DNA from: Clostridia bacterium
Lineage (GTDB): Bacteria; Bacillota; Clostridia; TANB77; CAG-465
NCBI GenBank assembly: GCA_036653755.1
Contig: JAVVTJ010000002.1
Coordinates: 1 to 62,486 of the forward strand
Length of the DNA: 62,486 bases
Direction of reading: 5' to 3'
Made by a program: the position numbers and the translations under genes. This document shows, piece by piece, positions 18,858 to 29,278 of the stretch (its first letter is position 1; each line of letters opens with the position of its first letter). The notes under the pieces are model-generated. The model did no database searches, was not told the DNA's origin, and saw only the letters and a program-made list of their open reading frames with translations.

Positions 18858-19784
18858 CTAGACACTAACTGCTGTTTCAAGTCTAATAACACAAGCTGGT
18901 TGTAATATTTTTGCTGTAAAGCAAGCTTTCCAAGCAACTGTTGCTCTTTGATTTAATGCATCGGCTGTACCTGAAGAACCTAAGTCTTTAACTATTATTT
19001 CAGGTTTTCCATTTCCATCAAGTTCAACTACACCATAAGAATCTGCTCCATAAGCAAAAGCTTTATGCTTTGTAAATTTTGCATCATTAAGTCCAACTTC
19101 TTCAGTTTGTAAATTAGTAGATTCCATAAATCTTATGCCGTACATTTTTCCAATTTCACCCTTTAATAATTGAGTTCCATTTACATATTTACCTATGTCA
19201 ACCCATCCTGCAAGATTCATAATATCAAATGCTTGATCAGGATCTACTATCGCATGATAATAGCCATCTGAAAACTTTTTAGCATTTGCTTTTTTTAGTT
19301 TTCTAGCTAGCTTTTTAATGTCTAATTCAGTTATAACATCTGTTTTAGTTAATGTACTTGATGTTTTTCCTCCAGAATATGATACATTAGTTCCTGTAAG
19401 TAATGCTTGTTGAATACGTGTATCAATAGTTAGTGATGCCTGTTCTGATAGTATGTCTGTAGCTTCAGAAGTTACTTGATCTATTCCTGCTTTTTTAAGC
19501 ATATCAGATACTTCAATGAAATCGCCTTCTTGTTTAACCACTGCTGTCATATTAGTTACATTTAAACTTTTCCCAGCTGGTGTAACACCTTCTGTAAGAG
19601 AAGCCTCAGGAATTGATAGACCATTAAATAGTCTAAAATCAATTGTTGTACCATTTTTAGTTGGTAGTGTTCTTTTTTGTGCATCGTTATAAAAATGCAC
19701 CTGTGGTAGCATTCTTTTTATAAGTTTTTTATCATAAAATGTTTTGTTTTCTGCTGTTATTACAGCAATTGTGTTTGTTGCCAT
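18858..19784 (-). CDS. Major capsid protein
   Basis: 308 aa, immediately after the scaffold gene. Size and composition are typical of HK97-fold coat proteins. Confidence 0.6.
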   Translation of the reverse strand: MATNTIAVITAENKTFYDKKLIKRMLPQVHFYNDAQKRTLPTKNGTTIDFRLFNGLSIPEASLTEGVTPAGKSLNVTNMTAVVKQEGDFIEVSDMLKKAGIDQVTSEATDILSEQASLTIDTRIQQALLTGTNVSYSGGKTSSTLTKTDVITELDIKKLARKLKKANAKKFSDGYYHAIVDPDQAFDIMNLAGWVDIGKYVNGTQLLKGEIGKMYGIRFMESTNLQTEEVGLNDAKFTKHKAFAYGADSYGVVELDGNGKPEIIVKDLGSSGTADALNQRATVAWKACFTAKILQPACVIRLETAVSV

Positions 19785-19835
19785 TTAAAATTCCCCCTTT
19801 TTGTGGCAAAAAAGATAGCAACTTAAATTAAGTTA

Positions 19836-20651
19836 CTATCTTTTAAATTTAACTTCTCCTTTTAATATTTTTTTATCTATTTTTTCAAAATCTTCATCTG
19901 ACATGTTGTCAAAATCAAATTCAGCAGATTTACCATTTCCTAAACTTCCAGGAGAAGCTTTTGTATTTGCTATTATTTTTTTAGCTTTTGTTTCAGCTTG
20001 AGTATTAAAGTTTCCAAGCAATTCATTGTAATCTTCATAAATTTCAGTTAAAGGCTCATTACCTAACTTTCCTTTTATAAATTTACTAAATTTAGAATCT
20101 TTAATCATTTCACTCAAATTAACATCAGGATATTTTTTAACAAAATCATTAACATCTTGCTTATCTTTTTCCTCCTGTGTTTTCCTTTGATTTACTTTTT
20201 CTTTTTCAACTGATTCTGCACGAGCTTTTTCTTTAACCTTTTCAGTATAGTCATTTATTGGATCTCCACCGGCTTTGTCTATTTCCACCATTTCTTGATA
20301 TTCCTCTATATCAAAATTATCCTTAACAATTTTACCTGTATACGGATTAGTTTTACCAATATAGGATTTAGTTATAGCTTCATTTAGACCTTTTTCATAT
20401 GCTTGTTTAGTTTCTCTTTCTAATCTTTCCTTATACTCTGTTTCGGCTCTTAAACGAACATCTCTTGCTACTTTTTGTTCTTCTTTAGACTGTATTTTTG
20501 TATTAGGTTCTTCTTGTTTTTCATCTACTACTTCACTATCTTCTTGTACTTCATTTTCAGAATCAGTTTCTTCATTTGTTTCAGTAGTTTCATTTTCTAG
20601 TTCAGCGACCTCTAGATTATTTACGCTATCTACTTCTTCATCTTCTTCCAT
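19836..20651 (-). CDS. Scaffolding protein
   Basis: 271 aa. Strongly acidic N-terminus and K/E-rich helical body, between the portal and capsid genes. Confidence 0.6.
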   Translation of the reverse strand: MEEDEEVDSVNNLEVAELENETTETNEETDSENEVQEDSEVVDEKQEEPNTKIQSKEEQKVARDVRLRAETEYKERLERETKQAYEKGLNEAITKSYIGKTNPYTGKIVKDNFDIEEYQEMVEIDKAGGDPINDYTEKVKEKARAESVEKEKVNQRKTQEEKDKQDVNDFVKKYPDVNLSEMIKDSKFSKFIKGKLGNEPLTEIYEDYNELLGNFNTQAETKAKKIIANTKASPGSLGNGKSAEFDFDNMSDEDFEKIDKKILKGEVKFKR

Positions 20652-20724
20652 TTTAATTTCTCCTTTGGATTTTTGCGCTATTCCTGCGAGTAGTTTCTTT
20701 AATGTCTAACTATAAAGACATTTT

Positions 20725-22506
20725 TTATATTATAGGCATTGATTGATTTAATGCTTGTCCAGGTATACCTTGTAATGGTGTTTGTGCTTGTTGTATTATC
20801 ATCATTACTTCCTCATAAATTTGTGGATTTTGCATTATCATTTGTGATATTTCATCAGGTAATCTTTCTTTTTGTCTCATACGCTTTAATTCCTCTTTAA
20901 ATGGCATTAAGTTTGTTGGGTATAATTCTATATACTGATCAAAAGTAATGTCTCCTTTTTGATACATATTCTCTAAGACAGTAACACTTGCAACTTCACT
21001 ATACATACTTCCTGCACCTATTTCAATAGTGCTTGAAAACTCTACATCTTGATATTCTGTGCCATTAAAATTTTCTTGCTCATCTTTTCCATTTTCTTGA
21101 AAGATAAACGTTCTATCATCATTATAATATATTTTAAAGAACTGTTCCCAAACTCTAGCTATCTTCTCATGTACTCTCCAAAATTTCTTTTGCATAACTT
21201 CAATTGGAACTTTTGCTTGTGTCTGTAATGCAGCTATTGCACTACCCGACATATTAGCTCCTAAAACTTCGCCCGATACAACTTCTGTTGCTCCATTGAA
21301 AGCTCTTGTTTTATCTATTATAGAATCTGTTACTTGAATAGGACCAGATGAAAATGGTGGTGGTGTCATATATGTAATACCGTTTCCGTCCGGGCTATAA
21401 TCTGTTATAACTTCTCCTGGTGCATTTGTTATGTTTTTACCTTTTAATGCATCTTTCCTTATTTTAATTTTAGGAAAACCAATGTTTTGTATGGATAACA
21501 AAGTCATAGCATAATTAAAATTAATTGCTTTTTGATTAGGTATTAATTCTTCTACTAAGCTTCTACCATATATATTGTCTTCTTTTTCTTCCCATTGTCC
21601 GATAACTATTGGATATAAATTCATTTTGTATTGTTTATTGTCTTCTGCTCCAATATCCGGATTTGTATCAGCTTCATCTTCTTCTATAACATTGTCATTT
21701 TTAGCTTTTAATTTTACTACGTTGGGAGTTAAAGCAGTTGCTGGTTGAACTACAACATTTTTTGTTGCTTTTTCAAAAAATACTTCTCCATTTATTCTAA
21801 AATATCTAGTTAACACTGTTGTGAATTGTTCATTTTCTTGTTCTTTTTTGTCGTAATTTACTTCACTATTGTCTTCAGATGTAATTTCATCTATGTTTTG
21901 TTTTGGTATTTTATTTACTTCAGCTAATTTTTTTAAACTCTCTATATTTTCGCGACTGCTTACCATTATCCATTTCTGCTTTTGTTCATCTTTTTCATTT
22001 GGGTTTGAAAAGAAAACATTTAACGCATCTATTATCTCTCCATTTAACCCACCACTATACTTTGACGTATTACCATATTTTTCACTATCCCAAAAATAAT
22101 GATAAATATAACTGCCTTTACGTATAGCATCAGTTATAGCTTTATCATCTAAATCTTGTTGCTTTAAATCTTTTGATACATATCCAGCAAATTTTGTGAA
22201 TTTATCTGCACCATCTGTTCCTACTTCTTCATCTATTTCTTTTATCTCTGTTGGTTTAAATACCATTTTTATGGAACTAGATAATATGTTAGATTTTTTA
22301 TTACTTTCAATAAGTTTTATTATATTTAAAACAGGTCTAGGTAAGTTTTTAGTCTTTTCTGTTGATGCGGGCCATTGTCTGCCTTCAGCAAAATCCACTG
22401 CTAGATTAGCTTTAGTTTTCATTTCTATATTTGATTGAAACTGTAAACCTTTCTGATACAACTCCCACAATTTGGTTGTTTCACTTTCAAACTTTTTATC
22501 TTCCAT
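20725..22506 (-). CDS. Portal protein
   Basis: 593 aa, positioned after terL and a small ORF and before the scaffold gene. Confidence 0.6.
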   Translation of the reverse strand: MEDKKFESETTKLWELYQKGLQFQSNIEMKTKANLAVDFAEGRQWPASTEKTKNLPRPVLNIIKLIESNKKSNILSSSIKMVFKPTEIKEIDEEVGTDGADKFTKFAGYVSKDLKQQDLDDKAITDAIRKGSYIYHYFWDSEKYGNTSKYSGGLNGEIIDALNVFFSNPNEKDEQKQKWIMVSSRENIESLKKLAEVNKIPKQNIDEITSEDNSEVNYDKKEQENEQFTTVLTRYFRINGEVFFEKATKNVVVQPATALTPNVVKLKAKNDNVIEEDEADTNPDIGAEDNKQYKMNLYPIVIGQWEEKEDNIYGRSLVEELIPNQKAINFNYAMTLLSIQNIGFPKIKIRKDALKGKNITNAPGEVITDYSPDGNGITYMTPPPFSSGPIQVTDSIIDKTRAFNGATEVVSGEVLGANMSGSAIAALQTQAKVPIEVMQKKFWRVHEKIARVWEQFFKIYYNDDRTFIFQENGKDEQENFNGTEYQDVEFSSTIEIGAGSMYSEVASVTVLENMYQKGDITFDQYIELYPTNLMPFKEELKRMRQKERLPDEISQMIMQNPQIYEEVMMIIQQAQTPLQGIPGQALNQSMPII

Positions 22507-22745
22507 TATTCTTCATCTCCTGTCATATATTCATTTAAAATGTCATTTGGAGTAAGTGCTTTTTTATTATCTTCTTTTTTGCCGTTTACCCACTCATCTA
22601 TAATATCAGGTGTTAAATCTTTATGTGATTCATTTTCTTTATTATTTTCTCTAATTTTATTTCCCTCAAATTTAATTATTTGAGAATATATAATAGGTAA
22701 TACGCCAAGTATATAGCCTATTACCATTGATATTATTATAATCAT
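22506..22745 (-). CDS. Small membrane-anchored hypothetical protein
   Basis: 79 aa, N-terminal TM, start/stop coupled to the portal gene. Confidence 0.35.
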   Translation of the reverse strand: MIIIISMVIGYILGVLPIIYSQIIKFEGNKIRENNKENESHKDLTPDIIDEWVNGKKEDNKKALTPNDILNEYMTGDEE

Positions 22746-22757
22746 AATTTTTCCTTT

Positions 22758-24368
22758 CTACCAATAACTTTCTTCTTCGCCGTTAGTTTCAAAAGCATAT
22801 GGTAATTTATCTTCTTCTTCTAGTATTTCAGCTATCATTGATTGTTGAGTTCTAATATAATAAACTATTGCTAAAGCTATTACTAAATCATCGTGGCTAC
22901 CTAACTGTGCTTCCATTCTATTTTTTTCATTTTTAATAAAAGTTAAAAACTCTAATAATGTATCTTTATCATTTATTAAATCTATATTTTCTCTTATTAT
23001 CCTAATTAGTTCAGCAAGTATTATAGGTCTAGTTAGTAATGTAGTTTTAAACCCAAACGACTTAAGTATGTTGTGTGTATATGTATCTTCTTTTTCTCTT
23101 ACATATATTTTAGGATATAGTAATCTTTCTAATTCTTTATTTGGATATGTAGAAAAATTAGTTTCAATTCCTATCAGTGCTTGATTATAATACATACCTA
23201 AACAATACATTTGTTTTACATATAAATCTTCATCCAGTTTATGTTTTAAAACCGCTACTTGATTACTAGTTATATTATTAATACATTGTCCCGTAAAGTA
23301 GTCACTTCCATCTCCTGCAGTATCACCTGCTAAAACGTAAGGATAACCTTTTTTGGGTAATTCATATAACTTAATATATCCTTTAGAATCCTCTACCCAT
23401 TTAATATTAGTAATTTTTAATCCATCATAATCATATTCAAAATTTCCTACTGTTAATGGCTCTTTAATTCTTGATATTCTTTTTATAACTTCTTCTTTAT
23501 TAAATACAGAATTACCTGTAGATATAAATGCTTCTTCTGGAGTTATAGGATATTCTTGTTTAAATTGTTCAATGTCTCCGCCACAGTTATTTTCAATACA
23601 CCACCTACGCCACGATATTTGTTCATTAGTTAAATTATATATTTGTTTTAATTCTAATTCATCTTGCGTAAGTTCAAAACCTGTATATAACATTTTATAT
23701 TCTTCTAATTCATTCCACCCTATAAAAAGTGGTATATAATCACTCTCATTTTTTACTGCTTTATCCCATAATGCTTTAAAATAATCAAATCCATTAGCTG
23801 TACTCTCAATTATAACTATACTTTCAGATGTATTAGGTACTGCTTGTAAAAGACCTGTAAGTATCTTCTTTTTATCTCCTTGCCAAAATGCAAGCTCTGA
23901 TATATGTAGATTATTAAATGTATCTGAACGTCCTACACCTTTACTACCAGCCGTCATACATTTAATCTTACTATTCAGACCTGTTCCATTATCTCTATTG
24001 AATACAACTTCTTTTGCGTTACTTTTTTTAATATCAGGTTTTAATTGCTCAGGTAGTTCCTGATACATTAGTTTATTCATTTCAAATAAATTATTTGTAG
24101 CAGAATCTACGTGAGTTATAATTCCTGTATTTATATTTTGCTTGGTAGCTGTTTCTTTAAATAAAATTGCTTCTGTTAAAGTAGAAAAACCCATTTGTCT
24201 TGCTTTTAGTATTATAATTCTAACGGGTTTATTTAAAATCTTTTGTGACTTTATGATTTCATATAACTTTATTTGGGGTGTGTTTAAAATAAAAGGAATA
24301 ATTTCACTTTTTTTGTTTTTTATTTTAATAAATTCTTGAATATATTTTAATGTGTTAATATTCATCAT
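22758..24368 (-). CDS. terL: Terminase large subunit
   Basis: 536 aa. N-terminal ATPase region (ILKARQMGFST) and C-terminal nuclease motif GSHDDLVIALAI. Overlaps terS. Confidence 0.8.
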   Translation of the reverse strand: MMNINTLKYIQEFIKIKNKKSEIIPFILNTPQIKLYEIIKSQKILNKPVRIIILKARQMGFSTLTEAILFKETATKQNINTGIITHVDSATNNLFEMNKLMYQELPEQLKPDIKKSNAKEVVFNRDNGTGLNSKIKCMTAGSKGVGRSDTFNNLHISELAFWQGDKKKILTGLLQAVPNTSESIVIIESTANGFDYFKALWDKAVKNESDYIPLFIGWNELEEYKMLYTGFELTQDELELKQIYNLTNEQISWRRWCIENNCGGDIEQFKQEYPITPEEAFISTGNSVFNKEEVIKRISRIKEPLTVGNFEYDYDGLKITNIKWVEDSKGYIKLYELPKKGYPYVLAGDTAGDGSDYFTGQCINNITSNQVAVLKHKLDEDLYVKQMYCLGMYYNQALIGIETNFSTYPNKELERLLYPKIYVREKEDTYTHNILKSFGFKTTLLTRPIILAELIRIIRENIDLINDKDTLLEFLTFIKNEKNRMEAQLGSHDDLVIALAIVYYIRTQQSMIAEILEEEDKLPYAFETNGEEESYW

Positions 24369-24816
24369 TATCTTCTACTTTTTTTATATATTCCTCTATC
24401 CCAACTTTACCGGAATGTTCCACTTCTTGTTTATCTCTCCACACGTTAGATTTTCTATTCTTTAACCAAAAAATTTGGGCTGTTGTATCAGGTTGTACCT
24501 CTTTTGTAACTATTTTAGTTACAATTACATGTTCTCTTGCTGTTGTAGGATCAATCGCTCTTTCTTTTGTAATTTCATCAAATTTATATCCTAATGCTCT
24601 TTTAAGTAGTGCGTTTTCTACTTTAGCATCTATAATTTCTTTGCTATCTTTTAGGGTGTCGGAAAAGTCGGAATGTTTTTTCTTATATTCATAAAAAGAA
24701 TCTTTGCTTATTTTTAAATTAGTATATATAAACTCATCGCTAGCACCATCTCGACACCAAGCTTTTATCATTTCAAAATACGGTAATACATGTGTTTCAT
24801 ATTTTGATTTAGCCAT
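24355..24816 (-). CDS. terS: Terminase small subunit
   Basis: Typical terS motifs (ALLKRALGY, QIFWLKNR..WRDK). Start ATG 24816 behind TAGGAG (ORF track 24825). Confidence 0.75.
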   Translation of the reverse strand: MAKSKYETHVLPYFEMIKAWCRDGASDEFIYTNLKISKDSFYEYKKKHSDFSDTLKDSKEIIDAKVENALLKRALGYKFDEITKERAIDPTTAREHVIVTKIVTKEVQPDTTAQIFWLKNRKSNVWRDKQEVEHSGKVGIEEYIKKVEDNDEY

Positions 24817-24996
24817 TTTGATCAACTCCTAAAATATATTGCTTGTAATATATACAAGCATCTCTTAAATTTTTAAATGTTTTATATTTCTTCATATCTT
24901 TTTACACCTCTTTCATAATACTATAATTTTAATTGCCTATTTAATACAATTAATTTTTATTATTGCTTTATTATTGCTTCTTTCTTTAAACATACA

Positions 24997-25025
24997 AAAA
25001 GTAGTCTAATCAATAGACTACTTTT
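24997..25025 (-). terminator. Terminator at the early/late junction
   Basis: AAAAGTAGTCTA / TAGACTACTTTT palindrome flanked by A and T runs (bidirectional form). Confidence 0.55.
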
Positions 25026-25141
25026 CAAGTATGAGAGGATTATATATCTGAGGGGTTATAAGCCTCAGTCTACATTTAATTTTATAAACAATTATCACTA
25101 TACTAATTATATCACATAAAAGCCGCACAAAACGCACAACT

Positions 25142-25540
25142 TTATTTTTTATTTAAAAATCTATCATGTATCATTCTAGCTGTACTTTCAGCACTGTAAT
25201 TCATTTTATGCATAATTTGTATCCAACTCTTACTATCCATGTATCTATATCTCATTATCTGCCTTGTTTGACTATCTTCTATTTTTTCTATAAAATCCTC
25301 TACTTCATTTTGCAATTCTAGTAATTCATCATATTTATTTTTTAATTTATTTTTATATAATTCTAATTTATATGCCCTTTTTAAATCTATACCTGTTATA
25401 GATAATATGTTTTTTCTATGCCCTGTAACCCCGTTTTGAACTACATCAGATATTATATCTGATTGTTTTGTTAATCTTTCTATTCTATTATAAAGATCTT
25501 CTGCCTCTTTTTTAACATCACAAAATTTACTCAATTTCAC
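25142..25540 (-). CDS. ArpU/RinA-like late transcription regulator (sigma region-4-like)
   Basis: 132 aa. C-terminal QIMRYRYMDSKSWIQIMHKMNYSAESTARMIHDRF HTH. Last early gene before terS. Confidence 0.5.
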   Translation of the reverse strand: MKLSKFCDVKKEAEDLYNRIERLTKQSDIISDVVQNGVTGHRKNILSITGIDLKRAYKLELYKNKLKNKYDELLELQNEVEDFIEKIEDSQTRQIMRYRYMDSKSWIQIMHKMNYSAESTARMIHDRFLNKK

Positions 25541-25590
25541 TTTTATATGTACACCTCTTTTAATATAATTTTATTTGCATCTTTAATCAG

Positions 25591-25926
25591 TTAATTTAAC
25601 ATATTTATGATGTCATAAATTACATAATAATTTAAATTATTTATTACTATTATTGAATTTATACATATCCATATGCAAACTATTGATATAAATACGCTTA
25701 CAATTGTACATATTATATAATAATCATTATAATCATTCTTTATCATAATGATTATTATTATGCCTAGTGCACTTACAACTATTAATGCTATATTTAAACT
25801 TAATTTTTGATTTAATGCCATCTCCATATAATTATTAAAAACTGGAACTATATTCTCAGATGTTGTATTTAATATTTTTGCTAGTTGATCTATTACTGTA
25901 CTAGCGCTGTTTAATAAATTCTTCAT
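25591..25926 (-). CDS. Hypothetical membrane protein
   Basis: 111 aa with 2-3 hydrophobic helices. Confidence 0.35.
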   Translation of the reverse strand: MKNLLNSASTVIDQLAKILNTTSENIVPVFNNYMEMALNQKLSLNIALIVVSALGIIIIIMIKNDYNDYYIICTIVSVFISIVCIWICINSIIVINNLNYYVIYDIINMLN

Positions 25927-26061
25927 AATTTTTCCTCTTTCTTATGCTTGTCCTCCAAGCCACACTACCAAACTATCTTTTATTTTTTTATCACTCCTCT
26001 TTATCTTCCAATCATGGCTCTTGCTAATTCATAATTACTATTTATCATTTATTGCTCCTAC

Positions 26062-26295
26062 TTATTTACTTGTAATTTTAGCTATGTAATACCATATATT
26101 TTTTTTATAGTTACTACAACCATTCCTCCACTTAACTTCTTTCTTTAATAACTTACATATACCTCTTGTTTTTATTTTAAATAACAATTTCTTTTTACAT
26201 TTTCCATATTTACATGTACAACAATATTTATATATATGAATATCTTCAATAACAGCTATTGGTAAACCGTCTTTATAATCTAAATATCTACTCAT
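26062..26295 (-). CDS. Hypothetical Cys/Lys-rich protein
   Basis: 77 aa with CCTCKYGKCKK and further Cys residues. Confidence 0.3.
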   Translation of the reverse strand: MSRYLDYKDGLPIAVIEDIHIYKYCCTCKYGKCKKKLLFKIKTRGICKLLKKEVKWRNGCSNYKKNIWYYIAKITSK

Positions 26296-26311
26296 TTTAT
26301 TTCTTTTCCTT

Positions 26312-27412
26312 CTATTTTATTATTTTAATATTTCTGCCTAATTCTTTACAAACTTCTTCTAGTGTCATTTCTTCTGCTTTTTCTTTTCTAAAATATTCAA
26401 TATATTCTTTTAAATAATAGCTTTTTAATTTTGCAATTGATTCATAATAGTTTTTTACAAATTGTAAAGCGTATCCGTTTTGTTTAACCGCTTCTAAACA
26501 TATCTCTTCTGTTTGTTCTTCTACAAATTGTAAAGCGTATCCATCTTGTTTAACCGCTTCTAAACACATCTCTTCAGTTTGCTTTTCTACATATCGTAAA
26601 GCGTATCCATTTTGTTTAGCCGCTGCTAAACATATCTCTTCTGTTTGTTCTTCTACAAATTCTAAAGCGTCACCATCTTGTTTAACTGCTTCTAAACAGA
26701 TTGCTTCTATTTGCTCTTCTACAAATTGTAAAGCGTATCCTTCTTGTTTAACCGCTTCTAAACAGATTGATTCTGTTTGCTTTTCTACATATTGTAAAGC
26801 GTATCCAGTTTGTTTAACCGCTTCTAAACAGATTGATTCTGTTTGTTTTTTTACATATCGTAAAGCATTTCCATCTTCTTTAACCGCTTCTAAACAGATT
26901 GCTTCTGTTTGCTCTTCTACAAATTGTAAAACGTATCCATCTGTTTTAACCGCTTCTAAACAGATTGCTTCTGTTTGCTTTTCTACATATTGTAAAGCGT
27001 ATCCGTTTTGTTTAACCGCTTCTAAACATATCTCTTCTGTTTGTTCTTCTACAAATTGTAAAGCGTATCCATCTTGTTTAACCGCTGTTAAACACATCTC
27101 TTCTGTTTGTTCTTCTACAAATTCTAAAGCGTCACCATCTTGCTTTACAGCTTCTAAACAGATTGATTCTGTTTGTTTTTTTACATATCGTAAAACGTAT
27201 CCATTTTGTTTAACCGCTTCTAAACAGATTGCTTCTGTTTGCTTTTCTACATATTGTAAAGCGTATCCGTTTTGTTTAACCGCTTCTAAACAGATTGCTT
27301 CTGTTTGCTCTTCTACAAATTGTAAAGCATTTCCATATTCTTTTACTGCTGCTAAATATTTTTCTTCACTTAACTTTTCAAATTTATTCATATTATTTTC
27401 TTCTTTATTCAT
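26312..27412 (-). CDS. DUF4116-type repeat protein (14 x 22 aa)
   Basis: Unit QTE.ICLEAVKQ.GYALQ(Y/F)VE. counted 14 times in the translation. Confidence 0.65.
   Translation of the reverse strand: MNKEENNMNKFEKLSEEKYLAAVKEYGNALQFVEEQTEAICLEAVKQNGYALQYVEKQTEAICLEAVKQNGYVLRYVKKQTESICLEAVKQDGDALEFVEEQTEEMCLTAVKQDGYALQFVEEQTEEICLEAVKQNGYALQYVEKQTEAICLEAVKTDGYVLQFVEEQTEAICLEAVKEDGNALRYVKKQTESICLEAVKQTGYALQYVEKQTESICLEAVKQEGYALQFVEEQIEAICLEAVKQDGDALEFVEEQTEEICLAAAKQNGYALRYVEKQTEEMCLEAVKQDGYALQFVEEQTEEICLEAVKQNGYALQFVKNYYESIAKLKSYYLKEYIEYFRKEKAEEMTLEEVCKELGRNIKIIK
26437..27364 (-). repeat. 66-bp tandem coding repeats (about 14 copies)
   Basis: Near-identical units such as ttctacaaattgtaaagcgtatcc..tgtttaaccgcttctaaaca recur every 66 nt. 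Confidence 0.85.
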
Positions 27413-27435
27413 ACTATTTTCTCCTCCATATTTTT

Positions 27436-27774
27436 TTATATTTTTTGCATAGTTTCTACATTATACGCTTTTCCATCAAATCTATCTTTTGACTTAAATA
27501 TTCTACAATCTCTTTTATTCTGATAAACGCCATCTGATACTTCTATAAATTCGTCATCATTTAAAGTTAATTTAGTTAAATTTTGTTGTCGTAATACTTT
27601 CATTATCAAGTCTATTTCATATTCTGCTGACATTCCACTATGCCAGATTTCACAAAATTTTCTAACAATTTCTAATACATTATTGTTTATTATTTTTTGC
27701 ATATTTATTGCTTCTTTGTCTTTTCCACATTCTTTAATTAATAAATCTAATTCATACTTTGTTTTTTCTATCAT
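27436..27774 (-). CDS. Hypothetical early protein
   Basis: 112-aa ORF. No motif recognised. Confidence 0.3.
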   Translation of the reverse strand: MIEKTKYELDLLIKECGKDKEAINMQKIINNNVLEIVRKFCEIWHSGMSAEYEIDLIMKVLRQQNLTKLTLNDDEFIEVSDGVYQNKRDCRIFKSKDRFDGKAYNVETMQKI

Positions 27775-27789
27775 ACTTTATTTTCCCTT

Positions 27790-28224
27790 CTACAAATAAC
27801 TTTTTCCAAATATTTTTATAAATTTCTCTCTACTGTATTTCTTTTCAAATTGTCCTTGAGCTTGTCTTTTATATTTTTCATCTAATTTTTGATCTGTCTC
27901 TACTTTTTTATGACACTCTAAGCATATGTGTTTTAAAAAGCCATATTTGGTTGAATTATCTCTATTACTAGCTCCAAATATGTGATGTATTGTAGTTGCC
28001 TCTTTATTTCCACATATTTCACAACATTTAGAATCTTTTACAAATTCATTATATATTTTTTTATCTTTATTGCATTGTTTGGATCTCTTTTTAGATATTT
28101 TATTTATTGTAACTTTTAAAGATTTTTTTGGTTCTAATTTTTTTATATTTATTTTTCCGTTTATCTCTGATTTTTTTTTATCTTTTGGTTTAGGAAACGC
28201 TAACAATGATGTATCCATTTTCAT
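27790..28224 (-). CDS. HNH/NinG(Rap)-like zinc-finger nuclease
   Basis: LAFPKPKDKK N-terminus. CEICG..TIHHIFG..D..HICLECHKK Cys/His pattern. Confidence 0.4.
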   Translation of the reverse strand: MKMDTSLLAFPKPKDKKKSEINGKINIKKLEPKKSLKVTINKISKKRSKQCNKDKKIYNEFVKDSKCCEICGNKEATTIHHIFGASNRDNSTKYGFLKHICLECHKKVETDQKLDEKYKRQAQGQFEKKYSREKFIKIFGKSYL

Positions 28225-28457
28225 ACCTCCCTAGGTTTATATAATTTATTTGATATTTTATTTCTTGCAAGCATATGATAAGTAATTTGTCTTTCTAGTT
28301 CGTTTATTTTTTCTATATTTTTAAGTTTTTTACGTTTTTCTGTTCCTAGTTCTAAATCTAATTTTTTAATTTTAATTGTTAAATTATCATATTCGTTTTT
28401 TAATTTTATTTCTTCTAGATTCATGCCATAATCTACAGTTTCATATTTATTATTCAT
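28221..28457 (-). CDS. Hypothetical coiled-coil protein
   Basis: ORF track 28221-28514. ATG 28457 lies behind GGAGGA. Confidence 0.3.
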   Translation of the reverse strand: MNNKYETVDYGMNLEEIKLKNEYDNLTIKIKKLDLELGTEKRKKLKNIEKINELERQITYHMLARNKISNKLYKPREV

Positions 28458-28558
28458 GTTTTTCCTCCAAATTATTTTTAATTTTAATTGTAGTAGGTAT
28501 ACCACACTTATCACATATCTCTTTTACATCTTTTTTTAATTTATCTATGTCCATATCT

Positions 28559-29278
28559 CTACCTCTTTTTATAAAAATCATTTATAAGCATGGTTGTCAT
28601 ATAGCTTACTTCATTTCCTACATTTTTACCTTTCATTTTTTCATATGCTAACGTTAAATTATCTAGTGTTATATTATTTAAAACATCAATTACGTTGTTT
28701 TTATTTAGTTCTGCAATTACATTTTCAAATAGTTTTAATTGATTTTGAGCAAATTCATTTAAACCAGTTGTTTTAAAAATTCCAATTCGGCTACATATAT
28801 TATTTAATATATCATCCTCTTCTTCTAAGTCTAGGTCTGTATGTTCGTGAGATTTCTCCGGAGATTTCTCCAAAGGTATCAGTAGAGCCTTTTCAGTGGC
28901 TATTCTTCTATCTAATTTTCGTCTTCGGTCAGCTTCAGTTGAAGATTTTCCTATATAGTTTTCTATGTCTAACATAAATATAGCTCCATTATCTAATTTT
29001 TCTATAATACCCATATTAATAAATATTTCTATCGCAACTCTTACAACATCTTTATTATGTCTTGTAAGTTTTGCTATCATTTCTACACTATACGGTATTC
29101 TATCTTTATACATTAATTTTCCTTTATCCTTTAAACTCTTCAAGTAAAGTTTAAGGAGTATGTTGGAATATAAATAACCATTTTCCATACTCTCTAAAAT
29201 AACCATATCATCTGTGTCAAAAAAATTTTCTTTTAACATCAAATAAAAATATCTGCCTTTCACTTCTTCTTTATCCAT
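28559..29278 (-). CDS. Phage replisome organiser (DnaD-like N-terminal domain)
   Basis: YFYLMLKENFFDTDDM..LESMENGYLYSNILLKLYLKS..IPYSVEMIAKLT pattern of phage_rep_org_N proteins. Confidence 0.65.
   Translation of the reverse strand: MDKEEVKGRYFYLMLKENFFDTDDMVILESMENGYLYSNILLKLYLKSLKDKGKLMYKDRIPYSVEMIAKLTRHNKDVVRVAIEIFINMGIIEKLDNGAIFMLDIENYIGKSSTEADRRRKLDRRIATEKALLIPLEKSPEKSHEHTDLDLEEEDDILNNICSRIGIFKTTGLNEFAQNQLKLFENVIAELNKNNVIDVLNNITLDNLTLAYEKMKGKNVGNEVSYMTTMLINDFYKKR

Noticed and set aside
26437-27364. Regular 66-bp repeats that could look like a CRISPR array.
   Set aside because: The repeats are contiguous with no unique spacers, sit in one continuous reading frame (22-aa protein repeat) and have no cas genes nearby.
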